From the NCBI GenBank assembly GCA_018057825.1, contig JAGPCY010000020.1, positions 41,634 to 105,633 on the forward strand: a DNA stretch of 64,000 bases, written 5' to 3'. The first letter of the stretch is position 1. Each line of letters opens with the position of its first letter. The notes beneath the pieces were generated by a model. It ran no database searches. It worked only from the letters and a program-made list of their open reading frames with translations, and had not been told where the DNA came from. The DNA is from Kofleriaceae bacterium (GTDB taxonomy: Bacteria > Myxococcota_A > Polyangia > Haliangiales > Haliangiaceae). A program made the translations under genes and the position numbers. Shown piece by piece: positions 55,760 through 64,000 of this stretch.

Positions 55760-57574
55760 TCAGCGCGGCGCGCCGTCGACCCCGGCGTCGACGGCGGCGC
55801 TGGGCGGTGGCGTCGAGAGCTCAGGCTCGGGCGCGATCGCGGCGCGGGTGATGAGGAACGACGCCACCGCGATGACCGCGGCGGCGAGGCCGATCACCAG
55901 CCAGCGTCGGCCGCCGTCGGGCGGCGTGGCGGCGAGGCTCGGGCCGCGCGGGCGGGGCGCACCGACGGTGCCAGGGCGCGGGTAGGGCGCGGCGAACGGC
56001 GCGTTCTGCGGAGCCGCGGCGGGGGCGAAGGGCGGTGGCGCCACCGGTGGGGCGAACGGCGGCGGGGCGAACGGCGGCGGGGCGAACGGCGGCGCGGCGG
56101 CGGCCGGGCCTGGCGGCGGGGCGGCGGCGACCGGCGGCGCGTAGACCGGCGGCGCGGCAGGCTGGGGCACCGCGCCGGTCTCCGACGGCTCGGTCGGACG
56201 GGTCGGGGGCGGGCGGGGTGGCGACGCCGGCGGGCGCGCGGCGGCGCGCGGTGGCACCGGCGGCGGCTCGGCCTGCGACGGGGCGCGCAGGCGCTGGCGC
56301 GGGCGCGGCGGCTCGACCGCCAGCGGGCTGGTCTGTTGAGTCGCGGCCTCGAACTCGCGGCTGTCGTCGGGCGGCAGGTGGAGCGGCGCCGCCTCGACCG
56401 CGATCATGTCGCGATCGGTGCGGGTGGTCGGCACGTCGCCGAACCCGGCGGGCAGCGCCGCCATCCGGGTCTCGTCCTCCTCGAAGCGGTCGAGGAGGCG
56501 GCGGGCGGCGACGATGCTGGTGCCCTCGTCGTCGCTGGCGAAGCCGTCGGCGGTGCGGATCCGCAACACGGTCGGCTCGACGGCGTCGAAGCCCGCCGAC
56601 GGCGCCTTGGTCCGCTCCTTGCGCCCCGGGGCAGTGACGACCTCGGCCGGGCGCGGCGTCGTGCGGGCCGCCGCGACCACCAGCCGGGCCAGGGCCGCCG
56701 CGGGATCGCCGGCCGACACGTCGAGGGAGTAGCGCAGCCCGCGCAGCCGCTTGCCGAGCTCGCCGGCGTTGGGCAGGCGCTGGCGGGGATCGCGCGCCAG
56801 GGCGAGGTCGAGCACCGCGTCGAGCTCGGGCGGCAACGCCGGATCGTGCTCGCGGGCCCGCGGCGCGGGGCCTTCGCGGACTGCGCGCAAGGCGTCGAAG
56901 TCGGCCAGGCCGCTGTACAGGCGCCGGCCGACCGCCAGCTCCCACACGATCAGCCCGACCGCGAACACGTCGCTCCTGGCGTCGACCGGCTGACCGCTGG
57001 CCTGCTCGGGGGAGACGTAGCCGTAGCGGCCGCGCAAGCCGCCGGCGCTGGTGCCGTCGTCGGGGCGCTTGGCCAGGCCGAAGTCGGTCAGCTTGATCTC
57101 GCCAGCCCGCGACACGAGCACGTTCGACGGCGTGACGTCGCGGTGGATCAGGCGCAGCGGCCGACCGTCGGGCCCGGCCACCTGCTGGGCGTGGTCGAGG
57201 GCCTCGCACAGCTCGGCGCCCAGGTGCAGCGCCAGGTCCAGCGGCAGGCGCTGGCGGGCGGCGTCGAGGTGGCGCTGCAGCGCGCCGAGGTCGACGCCAT
57301 CGACGAACTCCATGACCAGGAAGTGCTCGCCGTCGTCGCCGACCCCGACGTCGAAGACCTGGACGATGTTGCGGTGGCGCAAGACCGACATCAGCTTGGC
57401 CTCGGCGATCAAGAGCTCGACGAACCGCGGGTCGCTCGAGAGCTGCGGCAAGATCCGCTTGATCGCCACCGGCTTCTCGAACCCGCCGGCGGCGATCGCC
57501 TTGCCGCGAAAGATCTCGGCCACCCGGCCGGAGCCGATGCGCTCGATCACTTCGTAGCGAGTCACCGCGGCCAC
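55760..57574 (-). CDS. Ser/Thr protein kinase with Pro/Ala-rich C-terminal region and TM anchor
   Basis: Kinase subdomains (GSGRVAEIFRG..AIKRIL..HRDVTPSNVLV..DFGLAK..GRYGYVSPEQ) and a long PPxAPP-rich tail. Confidence 0.9.
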   Translation of the reverse strand: MAAVTRYEVIERIGSGRVAEIFRGKAIAAGGFEKPVAIKRILPQLSSDPRFVELLIAEAKLMSVLRHRNIVQVFDVGVGDDGEHFLVMEFVDGVDLGALQRHLDAARQRLPLDLALHLGAELCEALDHAQQVAGPDGRPLRLIHRDVTPSNVLVSRAGEIKLTDFGLAKRPDDGTSAGGLRGRYGYVSPEQASGQPVDARSDVFAVGLIVWELAVGRRLYSGLADFDALRAVREGPAPRAREHDPALPPELDAVLDLALARDPRQRLPNAGELGKRLRGLRYSLDVSAGDPAAALARLVVAAARTTPRPAEVVTAPGRKERTKAPSAGFDAVEPTVLRIRTADGFASDDEGTSIVAARRLLDRFEEDETRMAALPAGFGDVPTTRTDRDMIAVEAAPLHLPPDDSREFEAATQQTSPLAVEPPRPRQRLRAPSQAEPPPVPPRAAARPPASPPRPPPTRPTEPSETGAVPQPAAPPVYAPPVAAAPPPGPAAAAPPFAPPPFAPPPFAPPVAPPPFAPAAAPQNAPFAAPYPRPGTVGAPRPRGPSLAATPPDGGRRWLVIGLAAAVIAVASFLITRAAIAPEPELSTPPPSAAVDAGVDGAPR

Positions 57575-57614
57575 CCTACCACGCGGGCGGCCTCGGGTTG
57601 GCCGCGCCCGGGCC

Positions 57615-58751
57615 GTGCGATACCGTCAGGCGGTGGATGAGCTCGACGCCGCGATCGCCGCCCTCCTCGACGACGCGGTGACCCGCGGCGTGTGCTCGGC
57701 GGCGGCCGCCGCGGTCGGTGGCCCGGCCGGCGCGCGGCAGTGGGTGTGTGGCCACGACCGCGCGGTGCCGGCGCAGGGCGCTCCGATCGCGCTGGCGACC
57801 CGGTTCGATCTGGCGTCGCTGACCAAGCCGATCGCGACCGCCACCGCGACCCTGGCGCTGATCGCCCGCGGCCGGCTGGGCTTCGCCGACCGCGCGGCCC
57901 GCTGGCTGCCCGGGCTGGGCGACGACGTCGCGGTGCTGCACCTCCTCGGCCACGCCAGCGGGCTGCCGGCCCACGTCAAGTTCTACGAGCGGCTGTGGGC
58001 CGGCGAGGGCGCGGCCGCGACGCCGCGCGCCGCGCTGGTCGCGATGGCGCTGGCCACCCCACGGATCCAGCCGGCCGGCGCGGTCGCGGTCTACAGCGAC
58101 GTCGGCTACATCCTCCTGGCTGCGCTGTGCGAGCGGGTCGCTGACCGGCCCTTCGAGGAGGTCGTCGCCGACGCCCTCGCGCCCCTCGAGCTCGCCGCCA
58201 CCGGCTTCGTCGACCTGACGAGGCCTGGCCCACGCCCGGCGGCGCCGGTCACCGAGCTGTGCCCGGTGCGCGGCTGGGTGGTCGGCGAGGTCCACGACGA
58301 GAACGCCCACGCCGGCGGTGGCGTCGCCGGCCACGCCGGGCTGTTCGCGCCGATCGGCGACGTCGCGCGCTTCGCCGCGGCCGCGGCCCGCGCGCCGCGC
58401 GAGGGCCTCGGCGCGATCCCGGCGGCGCTGTGGGCGACCGCCTTCGCGACCGCGGCCGCCCCCGACACCTCGTGGCGCCTCGGCTGGGACACGCCGTCGG
58501 CGAGTCCGGGCGTGTCTCACGCCGGCGAGGCCTGGCCGCGCGTCGACGCCGTCGGCCACCTCGGCTTCACCGGCACCTCGATGTGGCTCGACACCGCGCG
58601 CGGCGCCTACGCGGTGCTCCTCACCAACCGGGTCCACCCGCGGCGCGATCGCCCTGAGGCCGCGGCGATCAAAGAGCTGCGGCGGGCCTTCGGCGACGCC
58701 GCCGTGGCGTGGTCGCGCGGTCCTGACGAACGATCGATGTCCTACATGTAG
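57615..58751 (+). CDS. Serine hydrolase, beta-lactamase/transpeptidase-like fold
   Basis: SxxK motif (FDLASLTKP). The GTG start lies 40 bp from the divergent kinase. Confidence 0.8.
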   Translation: MRYRQAVDELDAAIAALLDDAVTRGVCSAAAAAVGGPAGARQWVCGHDRAVPAQGAPIALATRFDLASLTKPIATATATLALIARGRLGFADRAARWLPGLGDDVAVLHLLGHASGLPAHVKFYERLWAGEGAAATPRAALVAMALATPRIQPAGAVAVYSDVGYILLAALCERVADRPFEEVVADALAPLELAATGFVDLTRPGPRPAAPVTELCPVRGWVVGEVHDENAHAGGGVAGHAGLFAPIGDVARFAAAAARAPREGLGAIPAALWATAFATAAAPDTSWRLGWDTPSASPGVSHAGEAWPRVDAVGHLGFTGTSMWLDTARGAYAVLLTNRVHPRRDRPEAAAIKELRRAFGDAAVAWSRGPDERSMSYM

Positions 58752-58864
58752 GAAAATTGGATCCACGCCACGGCTTGCCCTACCGTGCAGCTATGGCCGT
58801 GTCGCCGCGTCCCCGCGCCTCTCCTCGTCCGCTCGGGCGCCCCCACCCGCCGCCGAAGAAGCCG

Positions 58865-59263
58865 ATGGCTGGCACGCGGCGGCTGTCGGTGTTCCATCGC
58901 CGGATCGAGCTCGGGCTGTCGTCCTCCGCCCTCGAGCTGGTGTTCGCCGCGCCACGCATCGTCTCCGAGGGTGGCGTGGCCGGCGAGCGCTACGTCGGCT
59001 CGACGACGATCGCGATTGATCTCGCGGCCCTGGCCGACCAGCTCTCGGATCTCCCCGACGCCGCCACCGCGCGGCAGATCGCTGACCTGGCCGGCGACGA
59101 CCCGCGCGTGCGGCAACAGGCCCGGCGCATCGCCTTCGCCGAGGCCCATCGGCTGGCCGGCGCCTCGCTCATCCAACCCGAGATCGATCTGCAGGTCAGG
59201 AGCCAGGGATCGATCGTGCGCTTCGCCCTCGACGTCGAGGCCATCGTGCGGAGGAACCCGTGA
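58865..59263 (+). CDS. Hypothetical protein (first gene of PLD-nuclease operon)
   Basis: The ATG follows an unusually AT-rich leader (tgtaggaaaattggatcc). The stop overlaps the next gene's start. The track ORF could extend to 58757. Confidence 0.5.
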   Translation: MAGTRRLSVFHRRIELGLSSSALELVFAAPRIVSEGGVAGERYVGSTTIAIDLAALADQLSDLPDAATARQIADLAGDDPRVRQQARRIAFAEAHRLAGASLIQPEIDLQVRSQGSIVRFALDVEAIVRRNP

Positions 59264-60183
59264 CCGAGCTGTACAGCATCCGTGACGTCGCCAAGCTGTT
59301 CGCGCTGCAGGAGTCGCGTCTGCGCTACTGGATGCAGACCGGCTTCGTCGGGCCGACCGTCCGCAAGGGCGGGCGCTTCTACTACACGTTCCGCGATCTG
59401 TGCGCGGTCAAGGCGGCCAAGGACCTCCTGGCCGCCGGGCTGTCGGCGCACAAGGTCCGCAAGAACCTCGAGGCGCTGCGCCGCGCGCTGCCGGGCGACG
59501 CCCACCCCGCGCTGCGCCTGCGCCTGTGCTCCGACGGCGAGACCATCGTCGCCCTCGAGGACGACGTCGCCTACGTCCCGGCCAGCGGCCAGGTCGTCAT
59601 GGCCTTCAACCTGCCGGCCCTGGGAGGTCAGGTCGCCGAGCTGGCCAACGCGCCGGCGCCCGCCGTCGACGACGCGGTGCCGGCGGCGATCGCCGACGAG
59701 GCCACCGAGGCGACGCTGGGCCCGACCGCCTACACCTGCTTCGTCGAGGCCTGCGCCGCCGAGGATCGCGGCGAGCTGACCGAGGCCGAGGCGCTGTACC
59801 GCCGCGCCCTCGACGTCGATCCTGGCCTGGCCGCGGCCATGACCAACCTCGGTAACCTGCGGCATCGCGCCGGCGACGTCGCCGAGGCCCGCGGCCTGTA
59901 CGAGCGCGCGCTGGCCCACGATCCCAGCCAGCGCGAGGCCCGCTACAACCTGGGCAACCTCCTCGACGACGTCGGCGAGACCGAGCTGGCGATCGCCGAG
60001 CTGCGCCGGGTCTGTCAGGCCGCGCCCGAGTTCGCCGACGCCCACTACAACCTCGGGCTGGCCCTGGCCCGGGTCGGCGGCGCGGCCCAGGCCCGGGTCC
60101 ACCTCGAGCGTTACCTCGAGCTCGATCGCGGCAGCGAATGGGCGGGTCGGGCCCGCGAGTTCCTGACCCAGCTCGCCGCATGA
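59260..60183 (+). CDS. MerR-type HTH protein fused to TPR repeats
   Basis: The N-terminal YSIRDVAKLFALQESRLRYWMQTGFV is a MerR HTH. The C-terminus has three or more TPR units (..AEALYRRALDVDPGLAAAMTNLGNL.., ..ARYNLGNLL.., ..AHYNLGLAL..). Confidence 0.8.
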   Translation: MTELYSIRDVAKLFALQESRLRYWMQTGFVGPTVRKGGRFYYTFRDLCAVKAAKDLLAAGLSAHKVRKNLEALRRALPGDAHPALRLRLCSDGETIVALEDDVAYVPASGQVVMAFNLPALGGQVAELANAPAPAVDDAVPAAIADEATEATLGPTAYTCFVEACAAEDRGELTEAEALYRRALDVDPGLAAAMTNLGNLRHRAGDVAEARGLYERALAHDPSQREARYNLGNLLDDVGETELAIAELRRVCQAAPEFADAHYNLGLALARVGGAAQARVHLERYLELDRGSEWAGRAREFLTQLAA

Positions 60184-60986
60184 CCACCTGGCCGTGGCAG
60201 CCGGCGCCGACCGCGCCGCGTCGACCGCACGCGATGCTCGCGGTCTTCTCGACCGGGCCTCTGGTCGACGAGCCGTTGTCGCTGGCGCGGTTCGGCGCGC
60301 CGAGCGCCGAGCACATCGCCGACCTCGACGTGCGCGCGATCCCGCGGGCCGCTGATCCGGCGTGGTTCGACGGCTGGCGCACCGGCGCGCTGCGCTCGAT
60401 CGCCGCCACCGATCTCGGCGCGCCGACCGCCCTCGACGCCGCCGATCACGTCCACCTGGTGATCGCCGCGCCGACCGCGCCGCCCGATCTCGGCTACCTG
60501 CAGGCCGCGTGGGCGGTCGCGCGCTGGATGATCGCGCGCGGCGCGACGGTCGTGCTCGACGTCCACGCCCACACCTTCTGGGCCGCGACCGCGGTGCCGG
60601 CCCCGGCCGCGACCCTCGACGTCGCTCGCGAGGTCCGCGTGATCTTCGAGACCGAGGCCACCCGCACCGAGCGGGCCCACGCGCTGCACACCCGCGGCCT
60701 GCGCAAGTTCGGCGCCCCCGAGCTGGTCGCGCTGTGCGGCCAGCCCGATGCCGCGGTGGTCGGCAACGTGATCCGCGCGCTCGCCGCCGAGGTCGCCGCC
60801 GGCCGCGACCTCGAGGAGCCACACCTGATCGCGGTCGCGCCGGGCCACACCTGGCAGGTGGTCGCCGATCGCGACGGTCTGGCCGAGCTGCTGCAGCTCA
60901 ACCACCCGGCTCGGGTCCTGGTCGACGCCCACGGCCGCCATCTGGTCGGCGCCGCGGCCCGGGCCTTGGCCGGGCCGCCGTCGTAG
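60180..60986 (+). CDS. Hypothetical protein (268 aa), translationally coupled between the MerR-TPR and PLD genes
   Basis: The ATG overlaps the upstream stop (ATGA). I did not recognise a domain. Confidence 0.55.
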   Translation: MTTWPWQPAPTAPRRPHAMLAVFSTGPLVDEPLSLARFGAPSAEHIADLDVRAIPRAADPAWFDGWRTGALRSIAATDLGAPTALDAADHVHLVIAAPTAPPDLGYLQAAWAVARWMIARGATVVLDVHAHTFWAATAVPAPAATLDVAREVRVIFETEATRTERAHALHTRGLRKFGAPELVALCGQPDAAVVGNVIRALAAEVAAGRDLEEPHLIAVAPGHTWQVVADRDGLAELLQLNHPARVLVDAHGRHLVGAAARALAGPPS

Positions 60987-60991
60987 CCGCG

Positions 60992-61696
60992 ATGGCCGGC
61001 CGCGGAGGTGCCCGCCCGTCGTCGCCCGTCGATCGGGTGACGTCGCCGCGGTCGGCCGCGGTCGAGCTGGTCGCGGGTCGCGGTCACTATCAACGGGTGA
61101 TCGCTGCGGTGCTGGCGGCCGAGACCAGCGTCTGGATCGGCACCGCCAACGTCAAGGAGCTGCTGATCGAGGATCACCGCGCGGCGCCGGGGCGTCGACG
61201 GACGGTCGGGCGCGCCGCGTATCGGTCGATCCTCGCGGCCCTCGCCGAGCTGGCGGGCCGCGGGGTCGAGCTGCGGATCCTTCACGCCGAGCGCCCGTCG
61301 CGGCCGTTCGCCGCCGCCTTCGCTGAGCATCCGGGCCTGGCCGCCGGCCTGGCGATGCGGTTGTGCCCCCGCGTGCACTGGAAGGTCGTGGTCGTCGACG
61401 GCGCGCTCCTCTATCTCGGCTCGGCCAACTGGACCGGCGCCGGGCTCGGCGCCCGCGGCAGCGGCCGCCGCAACTTCGAGCTCGGCATCGTCACCGACGA
61501 CGGCCCGCTGCTCGATGAGGTCCAGGGGCTCTACGACCGGGTGTGGCGCGGCGGCGAGTGCGCCGGGTGCAAGCTGCGCACGACCTGCCCGCAGCCCCTC
61601 GATCGACCGGTCGCGCCACCGCCGACCCCGGCGCCAGCCCCGCGTTTGACCCGCGCGCGGCGCGGGGCCGCGCCACGCGCACCTCGCCGTCGGTGA
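60992..61696 (+). CDS. Phospholipase-D-like (HKD) domain protein, Nuc/NucT-like single-HKD nuclease candidate
   Basis: HKD motif (RVHWKVVVVDGALLYLGSANWTGAG). At about 230 aa with a single HKD it would function as a dimer. Confidence 0.75.
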   Translation: MAGRGGARPSSPVDRVTSPRSAAVELVAGRGHYQRVIAAVLAAETSVWIGTANVKELLIEDHRAAPGRRRTVGRAAYRSILAALAELAGRGVELRILHAERPSRPFAAAFAEHPGLAAGLAMRLCPRVHWKVVVVDGALLYLGSANWTGAGLGARGSGRRNFELGIVTDDGPLLDEVQGLYDRVWRGGECAGCKLRTTCPQPLDRPVAPPPTPAPAPRLTRARRGAAPRAPRRR

Positions 61697-61715
61697 GCCG
61701 GCGTATCCTCGCCCC

Positions 61716-62321
61716 ATGGTGCGCCTCGCGTTCGTCTCGCTGCTCGCGGTGCTGACCGCGTGCCCCAGTCCACCGCCGGCAGGTCCGCTCGCGCGGGCCG
61801 CGTCGTCTCCGTCCGCGACCCCCGTCGACGCCCCGCCCACGACCGCGGTCGTCGACGCCGGCCCCGCCGCCGATCCGGTCACCACCACCGTGACGATCGC
61901 CGTCGACGCCGGGCCGACGTCAGCGCCGCCCCGCGCCGCGGCGTGTGCGCCGACCTACGCCCAGGTCCCGGTCGGTCAGCTCTGCGCGCCGCCGCGCGGC
62001 GGCGCGAAGCCGGTCCGCGATGCGCCGACCACGTCGGCCGAGGGCACGCAGTGCAGCTATCCCGAGGGCTCCTGCTACTGCGGCGCCGAGCCGGTGTGCA
62101 GCGGCGTCTTGATGACCCAGGAGGACAGCGCGCGCCTGCGGGTGATCTGGCAGTGCACGCCGGTGCCGCCGATGGTCCGCCCCGATGGCTGCCCCGGGCG
62201 CGAGCCAAACGGTCCGTGCGCGCGCGACGGTCAGCAGTGCAGCTACGGGAGCTGCTGCGTCAGCCACTACACCTGCCGCGGCGGCCAGTGGAGCTGGACC
62301 GGCGGTGGCTGCCCGCCGTGA
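61716..62321 (+). CDS. Cys-rich secreted lipoprotein (12+ Cys)
   Basis: Signal plus lipobox (LLAVLTACPS) and paired-Cys segments (CSYPEGSCYCGAEPVCSG..CSYGSCCVSHYTCRGGQW). Confidence 0.6.
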   Translation: MVRLAFVSLLAVLTACPSPPPAGPLARAASSPSATPVDAPPTTAVVDAGPAADPVTTTVTIAVDAGPTSAPPRAAACAPTYAQVPVGQLCAPPRGGAKPVRDAPTTSAEGTQCSYPEGSCYCGAEPVCSGVLMTQEDSARLRVIWQCTPVPPMVRPDGCPGREPNGPCARDGQQCSYGSCCVSHYTCRGGQWSWTGGGCPP

Positions 62322-62574
62322 GGCGCGGGTCAGTCGGGCCGCGGACGCTCGCTCACCAGCAGCTCGCCAGCAAGACCAGCGCTGCGCCGGCCACCGCCAG
62401 CGGTTCCCAGAGGCGATCGTAGAGCGTCATGCCCCATGGCTGAGCAAGCTGCGGGCCGACCGTAGGTCCTCGGAATCGCGGCGGCGCCGGCGCCGGTCTG
62501 GGTCTGGCCAGCCACGTCGGCGTGGCCCCGCGGGTCCGCCGCAACCCAACGCCCGCCCGCGCATCCAAGGCCCG

Positions 62575-64000
62575 ATGGCGCGCGATCTCATCCTGGTCCT
62601 GGGCGACCAGCTCGACCTCGCCAGCGCCGCGCTCGATGACGTCGATCCGCGGCGCGACGTCGTCGTGATGATCGAGGCCGCCGGCGAGGCCACCAAGGTG
62701 TGGTCGCACCAGGCGCGGATCGCGCTGTTCCTCGCGGCGATGCGCCATCACGCCGAGGCCCTGCGCGCCCGCGGCCTCACCGTCGACTACGTCCACCTCG
62801 ACGCGCCCGGTCACACCCAGACCTTGGGCGGCGAGCTGACGCGCGCGATCGCGCGCCATCGACCGGCCCGCGTGATCGTGGTCGAGCCCGGCGAGCACGA
62901 CGTCGCCGCCGAGTTGACCCGGGTCGCGGCCGCCGCCGCCGTGCCGCTCGAGGTCCGGGTCGATCGCCACTTCCTGTGCTCGCGCGAGGACTTCACGCGC
63001 CACTGCCAGGGCCGGTCGTCCTTGCGCCTGGAGTACTTCTATCGCGCCGAGCGCCGCCGCCACCGCGTCCTCCTCGAGGACGACGACCAGCCGGTCGGCG
63101 GGCAGTGGAACTTCGACGCCGACAACCGGTCTGGCTTCGGCAAGGCCGGCCCCGGCCTGGTGCCGCGGCCGAGGAGCTTCGCCCCCGACGCCATCACCCG
63201 CGAGGTCCTGGCCCTGGTCGCGCGTCGCTTCGGCGATCACCCCGGCTCGCTGGCCGGCTTCGACTGGCCGGTCACCGCCGCCGACGCCACCGCGGCCCTC
63301 GACGACTTCATCGCCCACCGCTTGCCGCAGTTCGGCACCTATCAGGACGCGATGTGGACCGGGCAGCCGGTCCTCTACCACGCGCGGATCGCCGCCGCGA
63401 TGAACCTGAAGCTCATCGCGCCGCGACCGATCGTCGCCGCCGCGGTCGCTGCCTACCGCGCCGGTCGTGTGCCGCTGGCTGCGACCGAGGGCTTCGTCCG
63501 GCAGATCCTCGGCTGGCGCGAGTACGTGCGCGGCGTGTACTGGCGCTTCATGCCCAGCTACCGCGAGCGCAACGCGCTGGGCGCGACCGGGGCGCTGCCG
63601 CGGGGCTACTGGACCGGCGACAGCGAGCTGGCGTGTGTGCGCGCCGCGGTCGGGCAGACCTTGGCGCTCGGCTACGCCCACCACATCCAGCGCCTGATGG
63701 TGACCGGGTTGTACGCGCTCCTCCTCGGCGTCCGGCCGCAGGAGGTCCACGCCTGGTACCTGGCGATCTACGTCGACGCCGTCGAGTGGGTCGAGCTGCC
63801 CAACACGCTGGGCATGTCGCAGTACGCCGACGGCGGCGTGATGGCGTCGAAGCCCTACGTCGCCAGCGGCAAGTACCTGGCGCGCATGAGCGACTACTGC
63901 CGGGGCTGCGCCTTTGATCCCGGCGAGGCCACCGGGCCGCGGGCCTGTCCGATCACGACGCTGTACTGGGACTTCCTCGCGCGCCACCGCGAGCATTTGG
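62575..64000 (+). CDS. FeS-cluster cryptochrome/photolyase-family protein (FeS-BCP/PhrB-like, COG3046), 5' part running off the window end
   Basis: MARDLILVLGDQLDL.. is an FeS-BCP N-terminus. ..YAHHIQRLMVTG.. and the C-terminal SDYCRGCAFDP..RACP are the Fe-S ligating Cys. It has no stop within the window, so it is absent from the track. Confidence 0.8.
   Translation, partial: MARDLILVLGDQLDLASAALDDVDPRRDVVVMIEAAGEATKVWSHQARIALFLAAMRHHAEALRARGLTVDYVHLDAPGHTQTLGGELTRAIARHRPARVIVVEPGEHDVAAELTRVAAAAAVPLEVRVDRHFLCSREDFTRHCQGRSSLRLEYFYRAERRRHRVLLEDDDQPVGGQWNFDADNRSGFGKAGPGLVPRPRSFAPDAITREVLALVARRFGDHPGSLAGFDWPVTAADATAALDDFIAHRLPQFGTYQDAMWTGQPVLYHARIAAAMNLKLIAPRPIVAAAVAAYRAGRVPLAATEGFVRQILGWREYVRGVYWRFMPSYRERNALGATGALPRGYWTGDSELACVRAAVGQTLALGYAHHIQRLMVTGLYALLLGVRPQEVHAWYLAIYVDAVEWVELPNTLGMSQYADGGVMASKPYVASGKYLARMSDYCRGCAFDPGEATGPRACPITTLYWDFLARHREHL

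Noticed and set aside
62330-62515. 61-aa minus-strand ORF in the intergenic region
   Set aside because: It is short and Ala/Gly-rich, with no support.
62353-63996. 547-aa minus-strand ORF, plus 62700..63917 (+)
   Set aside because: These are antisense and off-frame relative to the photolyase-family CDS, whose translation (LVLGDQL.., Cys cluster) is unambiguous.

Overview
This is a ~72% GC, gene-dense chromosomal segment that looks myxobacterial (Myxococcales; possibly Sorangiineae-like, though only myxobacterial is supported). The hallmarks are a MYXO-CTERM-type tail, an AgmX/PglI-like C-terminal domain, several Ser/Thr kinases, PEGA and FG-GAP envelope proteins, and many lipoproteins. I could support about 55 CDS. 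Well-supported housekeeping genes include serB, rseP, tsaB, murA, hisG and ppk1, plus an M16 peptidase, an RNB exoribonuclease, a NUDIX hydrolase, a nitroreductase, a rhomboid protease and an FeS-type photolyase. There is also a small glycan-biosynthesis cluster (GT4, sugar transferase, DegT aminotransferase). I saw no rRNA, tRNA or CRISPR array, and no transposase, integrase or phage genes.

The most unusual sequence-level signal is four long intergenic tandem arrays of a degenerate hexanucleotide (GAGRCS)n, each filling the gap between two co-directional genes. Other candidates worth a second look:
- a tightly coupled four-gene operon ending in a PLD/HKD nuclease-like protein;
- a collagen-repeat PhoX-like phosphatase coupled to a two-CxxCH (dihaem-type) lipoprotein;
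- an envelope signalling block of PEGA paralogs, an FG-GAP lipoprotein and a Ser/Thr kinase whose stop overlaps the start of a rhomboid protease.

Many long ORFs in the supplied track are antisense or repeat-derived artefacts of the high GC content and were rejected.
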